Part shown: positions 31,368-41,569 of the stretch, piece after piece
Layout of the letters: every line of letters starts with the position of its first letter
How positions within the stretch are numbered: position 1 is the first letter of the stretch
Assembly: GCF_000981445.1 (NCBI RefSeq)
Contig: NC_027218.1
Location: 1,364,001 to 1,428,000, forward strand
From: Babesia bigemina
Lineage: Eukaryota
Length of the DNA stretch: 64,000 bases
Direction: 5' to 3'
Made by a program: the position numbers and the translations under genes
Notes under the pieces: generated by a model
Told to the model about the DNA's origin: nothing
Seen by the model: only the letters and a program-made list of their open reading frames with translations
Database searches by the model: none

Positions 31368-34300
31368 TTAGCTGGTGAAGGTGATGCCCTTGTGCTCGGA
31401 GGCGTCCCCGTTGGTGTTCTTCACGAAGTACGGGGCCTCGTACACCCACTGGCCGGTCTTGAAGTTTGCCGAGATGAACTTGCAGCCCAGCGAGGCGGTG
31501 TGGTCCTTGAGCTTCTCCAGCTGCTCGACGGTGCTGGTGATGGAGGCGCCTTCCGTGTAGTCGCGCGGCGCGCAGTTCTGTAGGGTGACGATGGCGCTCT
31601 TGTTCAGCCCTTCTCCCACGGGGTGGACACGGGACGTGTTACCGTACATAGTCACCTTGCGATGTGCGATGTCCACGATGTTGTCGAGGTTCAGCTGACG
31701 GACGTCGGTGTACCCGGGCCAGAGGATGTCGCCGAACCCCTCCCTGATGACTTGGAAGTCCATGACGTTAGCGAGCTGCTTGTCGGACATCTGTCTCAGC
31801 GACGACATTGTGGGTCTGGTAGTGTATCCTTCCTTGGTGAGGATGGGCGGGTGCCCGGGTGCGTTGTCCGCCAGCTTGAATATTGGGCAGGCATCCGCCG
31901 GCTCCTTCGGCGCGGTTCCAGTCAGGCTGCTGGCGTCGTCCGCCCTGGCAGAGTCTTCGCTGGGGTTGCTCTCGCTGCCCCTTGTGTCGGACCGGATCTT
32001 GTACACGTCGTCCAGGGTCCGGTGGGGTCGCTCGTTGTAGCTCTGGTCGCTGTCGGTGAGCGTCAGCACGTCTCCACGGTTGCTGGTGGCATTGCTCGAC
32101 TTGTCGAATACCACAGAAGAGCGATTGCTTGGCAGGTACGGGAGCTCATCCCTGTTCTCAACGACCGGTATCGGCAGCTTACGGAGATGGCCACCCCGCG
32201 CCTGGTAGCGCAACGCGTCCAGCGCCTTGGTGCCACCGTTGTGGAGTGACAGGAAAATTTCGCCGCCGCCTTCTTGGGAGCCGTTCTTAGACGGCAACTT
32301 GCTTGCTAGTTGCACCTTGGACGCCTTGATGAACGTCCTGGACATGTCACTCTCCGCCCTCTCCTCCCCAGACATCTGCGACATTCTTCGCGTTTCCAGT
32401 GCGGTGCGCTGGTATTTTATAATTTCGTCCTCTTCATCCTGGTGCACGCTGTAACGCGGGATCTGCACGCCGAGGTCCTTCAGCACCTGGCGCAGGCCGA
32501 AGCGGTCGTAGGAATCGTCCAGGTCGGGTATGGCTGTCGACGATTGCGCATCTGGATTCGAATTGGACTGATTTCGCCCCCCGGCGGCATTAGATCCCTG
32601 CGCCGCATTGTTCGTGGTGTTTGCCAGCTTGGCGAGGTACTCCTTCGCCTCCGGCGGCAGGTCGGCTTCGTTGGTCCAGAAGCTTCTCAGCCCGGGCGAG
32701 GGAGTGTTCACGCCCCATTTGAAGTTTATTGACCCCAGCCTCATGGTGTCACTCGGTTGCATCTGCTGTGCAGCCGTGGTTGACCCGAAGGGCTGCGATC
32801 CAGCCGACCCAAACGTGAAGAGCGGTGCGGTGTTACCTGTTTGGTTGGTGGTTGACCCGAAGAGCCCGGTTGTGCCGGTCGTTGGGGTGGCTCCGAATAT
32901 GGTGGTGGAGGGCGCCGGCATGGTGTTTGTCGTGGTGGTGGAGCTGGCGAAGACGTTGGGTACACTGGTGGTGGTCGTGGGCTGTGTGTTGCCGAAGAGG
33001 CTGCCACCGGTGGTAGGAGTGGTGGTTGACCCGAAAAGGCCTGTTGTGCCAGTTGTACCTGTTGATTGCGTTGCAGAAGGGGCGAATACATTGGTGGAAC
33101 CGAACAGCCCCGTGCCCGTGGTTCCGGTTGTAGTCGGGGTTGTGGTATTTCCGAAGAGGCCCTTGTTGGCCCCTCCGAATGCAGAGGTGGTGGACGATCC
33201 AAACAGGCCGGTAGAAGTAGACGTGCCGGTGGTGTTACCGAACAGCCCAGTCGACGTGGTGGTAGTTGGAGCAGGTGTCGTGTTACCGAACAGACCTGTG
33301 CTGCCGTGAGTGGTTCGATTTGCCCACGGCGAACTGGTGGAGGTTGACGGCTGCGTGCTTCCTAATAAGCCAGTGGTGCCTCCCGTAGTTGGTTGCGTAC
33401 TTCCGAACAAGCCAGTGGTGGGTTGCGTATTGCCGAAAAGGCCACCTGTCCCGGTGGTTGACGGTTGCGTTGAGCCGAATAACCCTCCTGTGGTGGTCGT
33501 CGGTTGAGTGCTACCAAAAAGTCCTCCCGTAGTTGTTGTGGGCTGCGTGTTGCCAAACAAACCGCCAGTTGTTGTGGTCGTTGGCTGTGTGCTGCCGAAG
33601 AGTCCACCACCGGTGGTAGGCGTGGTGGTTGACCCGAATAGCCCGCCGGATGTCGTGGGTTGCGTGCTCCCAAACAAACCGCCGGTACTGGTGGTCGACG
33701 GTTGAGTTGAACCGAACAATCCTCCAGTGGTAGTTGTAGGCTGAGTGTTGCCGAAAAGACTGCCCGTGGTGGGCGGTTGCGTTGAACCGAATAACCCGCC
33801 AGTGGGGGTAGTAGTAGGCTGAGTGCTGCCGAACAACCCACCCGTGGAGGTGGCCCCCTGCTGCGCTATAGGCAGGCCGAACTGCGGGTTAACCTTCTTG
33901 TAGTACTCCCATCTGTACTCTTCTTGGCATGTGTCCGGTTTGTCGTAGGCGATATGCGTGATGCTGGCGCCATCGAAGTGCTTCAGGGTTGCCACCTCAG
34001 TGCCCTGAATTTGCGACCCGAATGTCGAACTCGTAGAGCCAGACCACAACCCTCCAGTTGTCGTATTGTTCCCGAAGAGCGACGTGCCAGTGTTCATGGT
34101 GCTTCCGAAAGTGGAGCTGGTGGTGGTATTCAACCCGGACCCGAAAAGACTACCAGTTTGGGGGGGTTGCCCAAATAAGCCGCCAGAGTTGCCCATGAAC
34201 CCCTGCTTGTTTTGGTCGAACAGACCCCCGGTAGTACCCATGGTTCCAAAACCCGTGGTGGTCGGTTGCTGTGCAGGCTGTCCGAACAGTGAAGTGTTTT

Positions 34301-34508
34301 GCGATATTCCAAAGCTGGGCGTCGTGCTCTGTCCCATGAAACCCGTGCTGCCGGTGTTAGTAGTGCTACCGAAGCCGGTGAAGGTAGAGCCCATCTGCGG
34401 GTTGCTCTGCGCATTGGCGCCCAGAGCGTTGAAGGCGCCCGGCAGGTTGGTGTTCGGCTGTGTGGAGCCGCTCCAGTAAGTAGTGCCCGTGTTGGTGCTT
34501 CCGAACAT
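31368..34508 (-). CDS. GLFG-repeat nucleoporin, Nup98/Nup100/Nup116-like
   Basis: Many GGLFG repeats, GLEBS-like CQEEYRWEYY, and a C-terminal Nup98-type domain (GYTTRPTM, FQVIREGFGDILW, HPVGEGLNKSAIVTL, GQWVYEAPYF). Confidence 0.88.
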   Translation of the reverse strand: MFGSTNTGTTYWSGSTQPNTNLPGAFNALGANAQSNPQMGSTFTGFGSTTNTGSTGFMGQSTTPSFGISQNTSLFGQPAQQPTTTGFGTMGTTGGLFDQNKQGFMGNSGGLFGQPPQTGSLFGSGLNTTTSSTFGSTMNTGTSLFGNNTTTGGLWSGSTSSTFGSQIQGTEVATLKHFDGASITHIAYDKPDTCQEEYRWEYYKKVNPQFGLPIAQQGATSTGGLFGSTQPTTTPTGGLFGSTQPPTTGSLFGNTQPTTTTGGLFGSTQPSTTSTGGLFGSTQPTTSGGLFGSTTTPTTGGGLFGSTQPTTTTTGGLFGNTQPTTTTGGLFGSTQPTTTTGGLFGSTQPSTTGTGGLFGNTQPTTGLFGSTQPTTGGTTGLLGSTQPSTSTSSPWANRTTHGSTGLFGNTTPAPTTTTSTGLFGNTTGTSTSTGLFGSSTTSAFGGANKGLFGNTTTPTTTGTTGTGLFGSTNVFAPSATQSTGTTGTTGLFGSTTTPTTGGSLFGNTQPTTTTSVPNVFASSTTTTNTMPAPSTTIFGATPTTGTTGLFGSTTNQTGNTAPLFTFGSAGSQPFGSTTAAQQMQPSDTMRLGSINFKWGVNTPSPGLRSFWTNEADLPPEAKEYLAKLANTTNNAAQGSNAAGGRNQSNSNPDAQSSTAIPDLDDSYDRFGLRQVLKDLGVQIPRYSVHQDEEDEIIKYQRTALETRRMSQMSGEERAESDMSRTFIKASKVQLASKLPSKNGSQEGGGEIFLSLHNGGTKALDALRYQARGGHLRKLPIPVVENRDELPYLPSNRSSVVFDKSSNATSNRGDVLTLTDSDQSYNERPHRTLDDVYKIRSDTRGSESNPSEDSARADDASSLTGTAPKEPADACPIFKLADNAPGHPPILTKEGYTTRPTMSSLRQMSDKQLANVMDFQVIREGFGDILWPGYTDVRQLNLDNIVDIAHRKVTMYGNTSRVHPVGEGLNKSAIVTLQNCAPRDYTEGASITSTVEQLEKLKDHTASLGCKFISANFKTGQWVYEAPYFVKNTNGDASEHKGITFTS

Positions 34509-35541
34509 ATTCGATCGCTAAAGTATATACTCAAGGATCCGGAGTCGTCAGCGCCGCCGTACACGTTTCAAGAACGGCGCTTTAGCGAGAGATTCCTCTG
34601 GTGGCAATTCACGCCATCCCACCCGTCACATACACCCGTCTCGGGCCCTTAGAATTTATAAACACATGACAAAATCCAATCCGTGGCTTGAAAATGCTTA
34701 TGCGAACGACGGTCGTATACACTGTCGCCCTGCCACACCTGCTTGGGGCAGTCGAAGCATCGGTGATGTGTTCACTATTTCTGAACTACATAAATGCAAT
34801 GCTATTTGGAACAAATTATCGTGTAATTATATGGCCTTCTTGTTCACGTAACACGGCAGAAGGTTCATTTTAAGTTCGCCAGGTACCTTTGCGCGTGGTT
34901 CAGTCGGTGTACGTCGCATTCTTACACTTGTATTGCCATGTTGCCCACATGTGTTACCACGCCGCTGCCTAATCACGATGTGTAATCCACATGTGGCGGT
35001 ATTATGTGAATCGCGAAAAGCTAGCCTAGTTTTATAATGCAATGTCTCCAAGTGACATACACGGCTGGTTTATCTTGCCTAGGTTATCTACACCGCCGTT
35101 GAGATATGATCATGTGTTGAATTATGGTACCTTGTCGTATTTCTAAATATGGAAGATTGCCATGCGAGCCGATTCTCGCAAACAGTTCTCCATAGAGCCG
35201 TTCTGCAGCCTACAATTAACTCGTTTTGCGGCAATTTTGTACGTATGCGATGCTGCTGGTACTAAATTCAGTGTGTCGCGTATTCTCGAACACAGTTCGA
35301 TCTGCCGCGACGTCGGTCGGAGGTCATAGCAGGTTGGAAGCGTTTGCGTACGTCGCCTCAAAATAATCAAAGACAACCTCATTTCATTATACACCCTGCG
35401 CTTACAACATTATTTTCATACTAATAACCGTCTTCCTCCTTATTCCGAGCCAATATGTAAACTGAAACGATCGGAGCACCGTCGGACGTCCTTCCTCATC
35501 GCAAGATACCGCCGGCCGGTACCGTAGAATCGCAACGGACA

Positions 35542-37071
35542 ATGTGGAATGCTGTAAGGCGCTGCTATTTTGGTGCGCTGCGGCGGCGCTACCCGGAGGA
35601 GGTTCCGTAGGTATCGATAGACGTTACCTAACGCGTTCAACAGACTTGAGCTGCTCAGGCAGAAGGCGGTGCTCATAGAGAACCTGTCACCCGGCGTGCT
35701 GTCCACTCACGATGACGTACTCGACACCTTCTCCAAATGTGTTGGTTGACCGTGCCGTGTAGCGAACTTTCTCAGGGCATGACGATATCGCAAGACGACA
35801 TTCACATCATGCGCAACCGATTTGGTGTGCCATGCGGGCGTGTGATGGTGCTCGTAGAGAGCTTGTTGCAGCCGAACTTCGATTTCAGCGAAAGCAGAGG
35901 CACACCGGGAGACAGCGCCGTGGTACACGAGGGCTCTGCGGACACGGGGTCGCAGGCGGAGCCTCAACATGCGACCAGTTCGACCTTTCTCACCAAAGGT
36001 GCACAGAAAGCATTGCTGGACAGTCTTCCCGGGGAATCAAGAGCGTACATATGTGATGAGCACGACGTCAAGTGCTACGTGGAGCAGTGAGTGCCATTAC
36101 TCTTGAGGGACGATAGGGTTTCAGGTGCGAGCGTTATCTAACTCTATCCGAAGACCTGCGGAGGTTTGCTGACTCGGTGAACTTGCACCGCATAGTTACG
36201 GTCACCGGTATGAACAAAACCTACGGACGGCTGGAGCTGGCGGAGGTCATAGAGCGGCACACCAACGTTAAAGTGGTACGTGACCGAACCCATGAGGAGC
36301 GTTTCATGGCCGTAATAGAACCCTGTTAATATCGCTTTCCGCTTCAAAAGCAACGGGGAACAGGACTCCACGGCATGGGTGCTGTGTGACAGCACCCGCG
36401 ACGCCAACCGAATCATCGCAAAATTACAGGTAACTTCCTCTACTGAAACCAAGCTTATGAGACTATACAGGAAGTGGCCGTGCCTAAGCGCTATCAGTAC
36501 GGTGCACTTATGGGCGCTTCTTTTCTATACGCCGCACGGTCGTCCTTGTTTCTGTCTGACCCGGGTTTGGACTTCGTGACGAAGAAGAGCAAGTACCAGG
36601 TAAGTTTCGGCGACGTGTCAATGCGGCAATATATGAGCTTGTTATACGTATACATGAGGATAATTGTGTCAAACACCGCCACAATGCTGTAGGTGTTCAC
36701 TCTGGGCTGGCAACCGGATATAGATGAGGAGGAGCTGACGCACTTGGCCAACAGCCTCAAGTTTTTCCCAAAGTCAGTCAAGGTGGTCAGGTTGCCCGCT
36801 TCAGACGGCGCAAAAGATGAGGTGGGAGCGTTCTTCGAGTGCGACCGTATGCGCAACACCAAGAAACTGCTGGTCCGTCTGCACATGTTGAAGCGGCGCT
36901 GGAAGATTCCGGAGCATTCGCCCTTCTACGCCTACCCCAAGACGGTAAATTAGGTATAACCCTTACACATTGCGGTTTCAGGCGGATGTGCGCTGGGCTT
37001 CTGATAACGGCGTGTATGCCGAGGACGACCCGGCGGACGACTCCGACTTGGATGAGCCGGTGCACTACTGA
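35542..37071 (+). CDS. Multi-exon hypothetical protein (possible mitochondrial leader, RRM-like segments)
   Basis: A series of short GT-AG introns links coding-like segments (35778-36087, 36125-36430, 36471-36599, 36693-36944, 36982-37071). Start MWNAVRRCYF; ends DDSDLDEPVHY*. Exact exon structure not resolved. Confidence 0.5.
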
Positions 37072-37297
37072 CGCAAAGCACGGCAAATTCTAACAAATAA
37101 CATACACAATAGCGCATAATATTGCGTGCATAACATTAAAGACGAATTGACACACCGATATCAAAGAAGGTTGTGAGTGCTGCCGTCCCGCACACCGCAT
37201 ACCCGTAGAAGGCGGCCATCGGCGTTGGCATTTTTCAATGCAGCACGCAATGTCTATCGCTAAAATATAACAATGGCTCATAGGAGCTCGGCGTACG

Positions 37298-38597
37298 ATG
37301 GGTAGCAGGTTCCTTCCAGCCGGCGCTTTCGCTCAAGTGTTTCGTCGGTGTTTCGCTGCTGAGGCTGTGGCGACAGCCCCGAAGTTGCGAACCTTCTGCA
37401 AGCCATACGCAAGCAGATGGGTCAAACGGCTTGATCGTATGCAACAGAAGAAGAGGTTTGCACTCACGAAGGACGCTGCGTTGCAAATTCCGGAATCCGA
37501 GTCATACACCGAGACCCAGGTGGAGAGCCTTGGAATCAGACCTTCCTTCCCGATATGGAGCAGTAGGAGGTACGAGTCGTTGCATGGTTTGCTGCTGCGA
37601 TCGCAAAATTGGTGTACGTGCGAATTTTGTTTTGTTATGGGCGCCGCGTTGTTGCAGGTGCATTCATGTGTGTTCATTTTCACGAAAAGTGGCGTAAACG
37701 TGTGGCGTAATCGTGATCTGCGGTGTCACACTATTATCAAAAGTGTGACGTAATGCGTAAAACCTGTGGAATCGCTGTTGTGTGTGTATCGTATCACTTG
37801 TCTGAAAGTTGTCTAGGTGCGGCGTTTTGGCGTACAAGCTCGGTTGCATGTCGCTGTGGGACGACTGGGGAGAGCGTCATATGGTAACTGTGTGCCACGT
37901 GGATCGCTGTGTGGTGCTTGAGAAGCGCACGATATCGGATCACGGCTACGAGGCTGTTCAACTGGGCTTAGGATATCGCAACCCAAACCGCCAGTCCAAG
38001 CAGAACATCGGTCGCTTCATAAAGGCCGGAGTGGGGTCGAAGGATAAGATCGCGGAATTCAAGTGCTCTAGCGATTGCTTGCTGCCAGTTGGGCACTATA
38101 TGAGCGTGCGCCACTTCACCCCTGGTCAGTGGGTGTTTGTATCGGGGTGGTCACGGGCAAAGGGGTTCAAAGGTGCCATGCGCCGTTGGCATTTCGGCGG
38201 GCAGAACGCAAGTCACGGTACTGAGTGCAAGGCGCACAGCGCTCCCGGATCCATCGCACAGGGTAAGTCGGCGCATATCGTATGGCGAGGCACCAAGATG
38301 GGCGGGCATCACGGCCCTGACCCCCGAGTGACCAACTGCAGAGTGTTCCGCATCGAAAGCCATCGCAATCTGATATTTTTGAAAGGAGCGGTGCCTGGTG
38401 ACGTGGGTAGCGTTCTGAAGATAAGGGACGCATTAGGGATATCTGCGCGCAAAAATCGCGGACTCCACATCCATTATCCCACCTTTGTCCCAAAGCCGGG
38501 GCACTCATATCCGGTGACGCTGCAAGAGGTGCCGAAAGAGCGTGATCCGTTCTTGTTCACAGAGGACCCCATGTACGACCACCATCAACAGCAATAG
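37298..38597 (+). CDS. MRPL3: Mitochondrial ribosomal protein uL3m, one 247-nt intron
   Basis: RCGVLAYKLGCMSLWD, HGYEAVQLG, SRAKGFKGAMRRWHF, HSAPGSI, KMGGHHG and LIFLKGAVPG. Intron 37570-37816 joins the frames. Confidence 0.9.
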
Positions 38598-38606
38598 CCT
38601 GGACCG

Positions 38607-40064
38607 ATGAGACGCTTTGTCGTATTTCCCACCATCCAGGCTATTATTTGCTTTGTGTTGTCGCAAGTCACAGTCCACTGTTACATAAAGGGGCACAATG
38701 ACACTTTGTCGTTGGATATGCGCCAATTCAGGTTACTGGCGTCGCCCAAGGTAACCTACACCGGCCCCGGTCGTAAGGTTGCGGATCGCATAAAGGAGCA
38801 GTTCTCCGTTCAAAACGACTTCCAGGTTCGCCAAGTAAGAAAAGCGCTGAAGCGTTACAAGCGCACCGAGGAGCGGCGATTGTTGGCGAAGCGCCGCAAC
38901 ATTGTGCTCTCTGAGCGTAATGTAGACAAGTCTAAGCATCGCAACCCGGCTGACAAAAGGGCGTTCAAGATAGTGTCTAAATACGAGGTTCACGAGAACC
39001 CGTACACCCACTTTCTACGTCCACTGGAAAAGCGCACTGAGAAGAACCCTTTGGGGAAGGCCACTGTTAAACCTGTACGCATGGGTATTCCGCTGGACAC
39101 TGCTGCCGGGCTTTATGAGGGTGCCTCGCCCGTTGCGCAGCGTCCTTCAGGGACTCCGCAGGTATCCACCCTTCAGTTCATCGGAAGTTACATACACACT
39201 TCGACGCTGCCTTCCCTGTACTTGCCTGAAATATGCCTAGTCGGTCGAAGCAATGTGGGGAAGTCGTCTTTCATTAATACCCTGATGACGTACATCAAGA
39301 CCCGCCGTAAGAGCTGCGACATGGCGTATGTCTCAAAAACACCTGGGTACACGAAATGCATCAATATTTTCAAGGCTGTTGACGTCAAGGGTCGCGACGT
39401 TTTGTCTATAACGGACCTGCCAGGTTACGGTTACGTGAAGATCAAAAACCGTGAGACCGTGCGTGCCATGGACAGCGCCCTCCGTGCCTACTTGCAACGA
39501 CGTAATGAACTGAAGCTGATCCTGTTCCTCATAGACGGCAGCATCGAACCTCAGGAGTCTGACACGGCAATACACGAAATGCTGAAGGCCCTTGGAATAC
39601 CCTACCTTATGGTTTGTACTAAAATGGACAAGGTGGCTCAAAACCAAGTACCAGGTCAGATTCTGTTGTTCCGACAGGTGTACGACGTCAAGAGCCCTTT
39701 GCCAGTGGCGTATTCCAAGTTCGGTGGTGCTGACCTGGGAGGTATTTGGCGCGCCATCTTTGACGCTTGTGACGACAAGTTCGATCCAGCAAACTTGCAG
39801 ATATCAGACGCCTACCAGAGTCTGAAGGATGCTGATTTCGAGAAATACGTGCAGAGCCAGTCGATGGTGTCGACGAAGGATTTGAAGAAGCTTATTTACA
39901 AGAACTTCGATCTGCTGCCCCAGAGCGTGCAAAGTGCCGACATCGACCGCATGAGCAAGGACGAAATGCTAGACGTGTTGAGACTGGCTGCGGAGCGCTC
40001 CGACGCAATTCGCTCCAAGCCGATTGACTTGCTCGAGTACAAGAAAAAACATAGCAAGATGTGA
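38607..40064 (+). CDS. engB: EngB/YihA/YsxC-family GTPase, probably apicoplast-targeted
   Basis: PEICLVGRSNVGKSSFIN (G1), SKTPGYT (G2), DLPGYGY (G3), TKMDK (G4); N-terminal signal peptide and basic transit region. Confidence 0.88.
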   Translation: MRRFVVFPTIQAIICFVLSQVTVHCYIKGHNDTLSLDMRQFRLLASPKVTYTGPGRKVADRIKEQFSVQNDFQVRQVRKALKRYKRTEERRLLAKRRNIVLSERNVDKSKHRNPADKRAFKIVSKYEVHENPYTHFLRPLEKRTEKNPLGKATVKPVRMGIPLDTAAGLYEGASPVAQRPSGTPQVSTLQFIGSYIHTSTLPSLYLPEICLVGRSNVGKSSFINTLMTYIKTRRKSCDMAYVSKTPGYTKCINIFKAVDVKGRDVLSITDLPGYGYVKIKNRETVRAMDSALRAYLQRRNELKLILFLIDGSIEPQESDTAIHEMLKALGIPYLMVCTKMDKVAQNQVPGQILLFRQVYDVKSPLPVAYSKFGGADLGGIWRAIFDACDDKFDPANLQISDAYQSLKDADFEKYVQSQSMVSTKDLKKLIYKNFDLLPQSVQSADIDRMSKDEMLDVLRLAAERSDAIRSKPIDLLEYKKKHSKM

Positions 40065-40423
40065 TTGTGCTCTAGAGTAGGTCATATAGTCGCCACTGTT
40101 CTTTAGGCATGATTCGCCACTTCATAGTGGCACTATAATTACGATATGCTGGAACCACCTAATATGGCGCGTACGTAGTCAGAAACGATAAAAAGCACAA
40201 CATTTTAGTCTATCAGATGAAATCAATACATTGCAATGGGTATGTGGTATGTATGCCGTGACGCAATATGTAATGTGAGGGACTGTCAGATTAGTTTAGC
40301 GAGGATAGGTGAACGGTTTGCTATTTTTATGAGCAACTCAATACTGAGCATGATTCAGTTGAGCAGCTAATCAGCGTTGTATCACTGCCTATAACAATGC
40401 AATTGATTATAAAGTTAATGCCA

Positions 40424-40648
40424 TTATTATTATGTTATCTCATCTTATAGTGTTCTATTTGGCTACGTGCCTAAAGCATGTTTTCGATTGTACGTTGCTA
40501 GTGCCTAATGCCGCTAGTGTTGACTACGGTTTCCACGCCGGTTCATTGCCTATCGTCACTGGTGCCATCCATGCGGGGATCCATCCAGTTTGGGCTTGAG
40601 GGTCAGTCACAGAGTCAGCATCATCTTGGTTTCATGTACCTCGTCACA
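40424..40648 (-). mobile_element. 3'-terminal fragment of non-LTR retrotransposon with (TAA)n tail
   Basis: cattgcctatcgtcactggtgccatccatgcggggatccatccagtttgggct nearly matches 54835-54887. ttattattatgttatctcatcttatagtgt matches 54716-54745. Confidence 0.75.
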
Positions 40649-40649
40649 T

Positions 40650-41510
40650 AACTTATAACGATATAACGTGTCTGCTAGATGAAAGATGTCCGCTTAATAG
40701 CCTCGACCACGTCCCTGCATCTCCTCTTCTTGTATGCCCCGTCTCCACCGGGTTGCCTTCGTTGACAGTCCCGTTATCCACGGTTGTGAAGGCGTGATTT
40801 ATACTATATACGTTGTAGTATTCTTGTAGAGTATGCTCTCAACCCTCATGAGACTCCTGAGTTTGGCATGGCACTTTCCATCATTACTATAGTCCTCCAT
40901 CTGCCCTTACTGCTATTCACTCGTACAATCGCCTTTTAGCCGGATGAATCCTAACTGTGCTTCACAGTAACATCGGTCATCTTCCATACTGAGGTCACAT
41001 TCGCAGACATCACGTATCGAGGATTCCGTTCCCTGTAAACGCTGCGGAGGGGTGAAACGCCATTACCCTTTCCGCTTATCGATTACAGCATGCTTGTATT
41101 CGTGTAATCTCCGTCCAGTCACGCGAGTCACATTTAGGAATACCGCATTAGTATTATGTTAAAACCGTGCAGTGGCAGTGGGGCAATCCTTGAAGTTACG
41201 TGGAGAGTGATAAAATTTGATACGAATATTAACTTGCAGCTTGCATCACCTCTGGCTGTTTCTTCCGGCGGTGGAACATTGGAGTGCAGTTTGGAGGCTT
41301 CAGGGCACCTCCGAAGTGGACTAGAATTTCGAGCTGTCTGGGTGCTGGTGGTTGCAATTAGGTGAGCGAGGTGGATGCTAGTTTTGTCGTGAATTTCAAA
41401 TGCGCCATCAATCGGGTATATGCTTAAGTAATGTAGTCTAGAGCATTGAGAGAGGAGTTTGCTAGCCGTCCAGTGCTTGTCGCATTTTTGCAGGAGTCGG
41501 GGTCTGCAGC
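40650..41510 (+). promoter_or_regulatory. Conserved ves upstream region (copy 2)
   Basis: Inverted homolog of 6495-7363. Contains candidate leader splice sites (ag|gtgagc at ~41362, ttttgcag at ~41493). Confidence 0.7.
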
Positions 41511-41569
41511 CTCTAATTGTTGGTGGGTATATTGAAGTTGCGCAGACATTAAACTTTCGCTACTGGAGG

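Noticed and set aside
32760..34460. Repetitive DNA as a possible satellite or mobile element
   Set aside because: It is the coding GLFG/FG repeat region of the nucleoporin.
41156..41365. Conserved short ORF MLKPCSGSGA.. also at 6715-6903
   Set aside because: Lies within the duplicated ves upstream DNA, and the other copy has an in-frame TAG where this one has GAG. DNA-level duplication explains it, although a uORF cannot be excluded.
41459..41569. N-terminal extension of the second ves ORF from a TTG start; likewise extensions of eIF3c (26535) and RPS21 (31233)
   Set aside because: Non-ATG starts from the ORF caller; homology begins at the downstream ATGs (41570, 26421, 30828).
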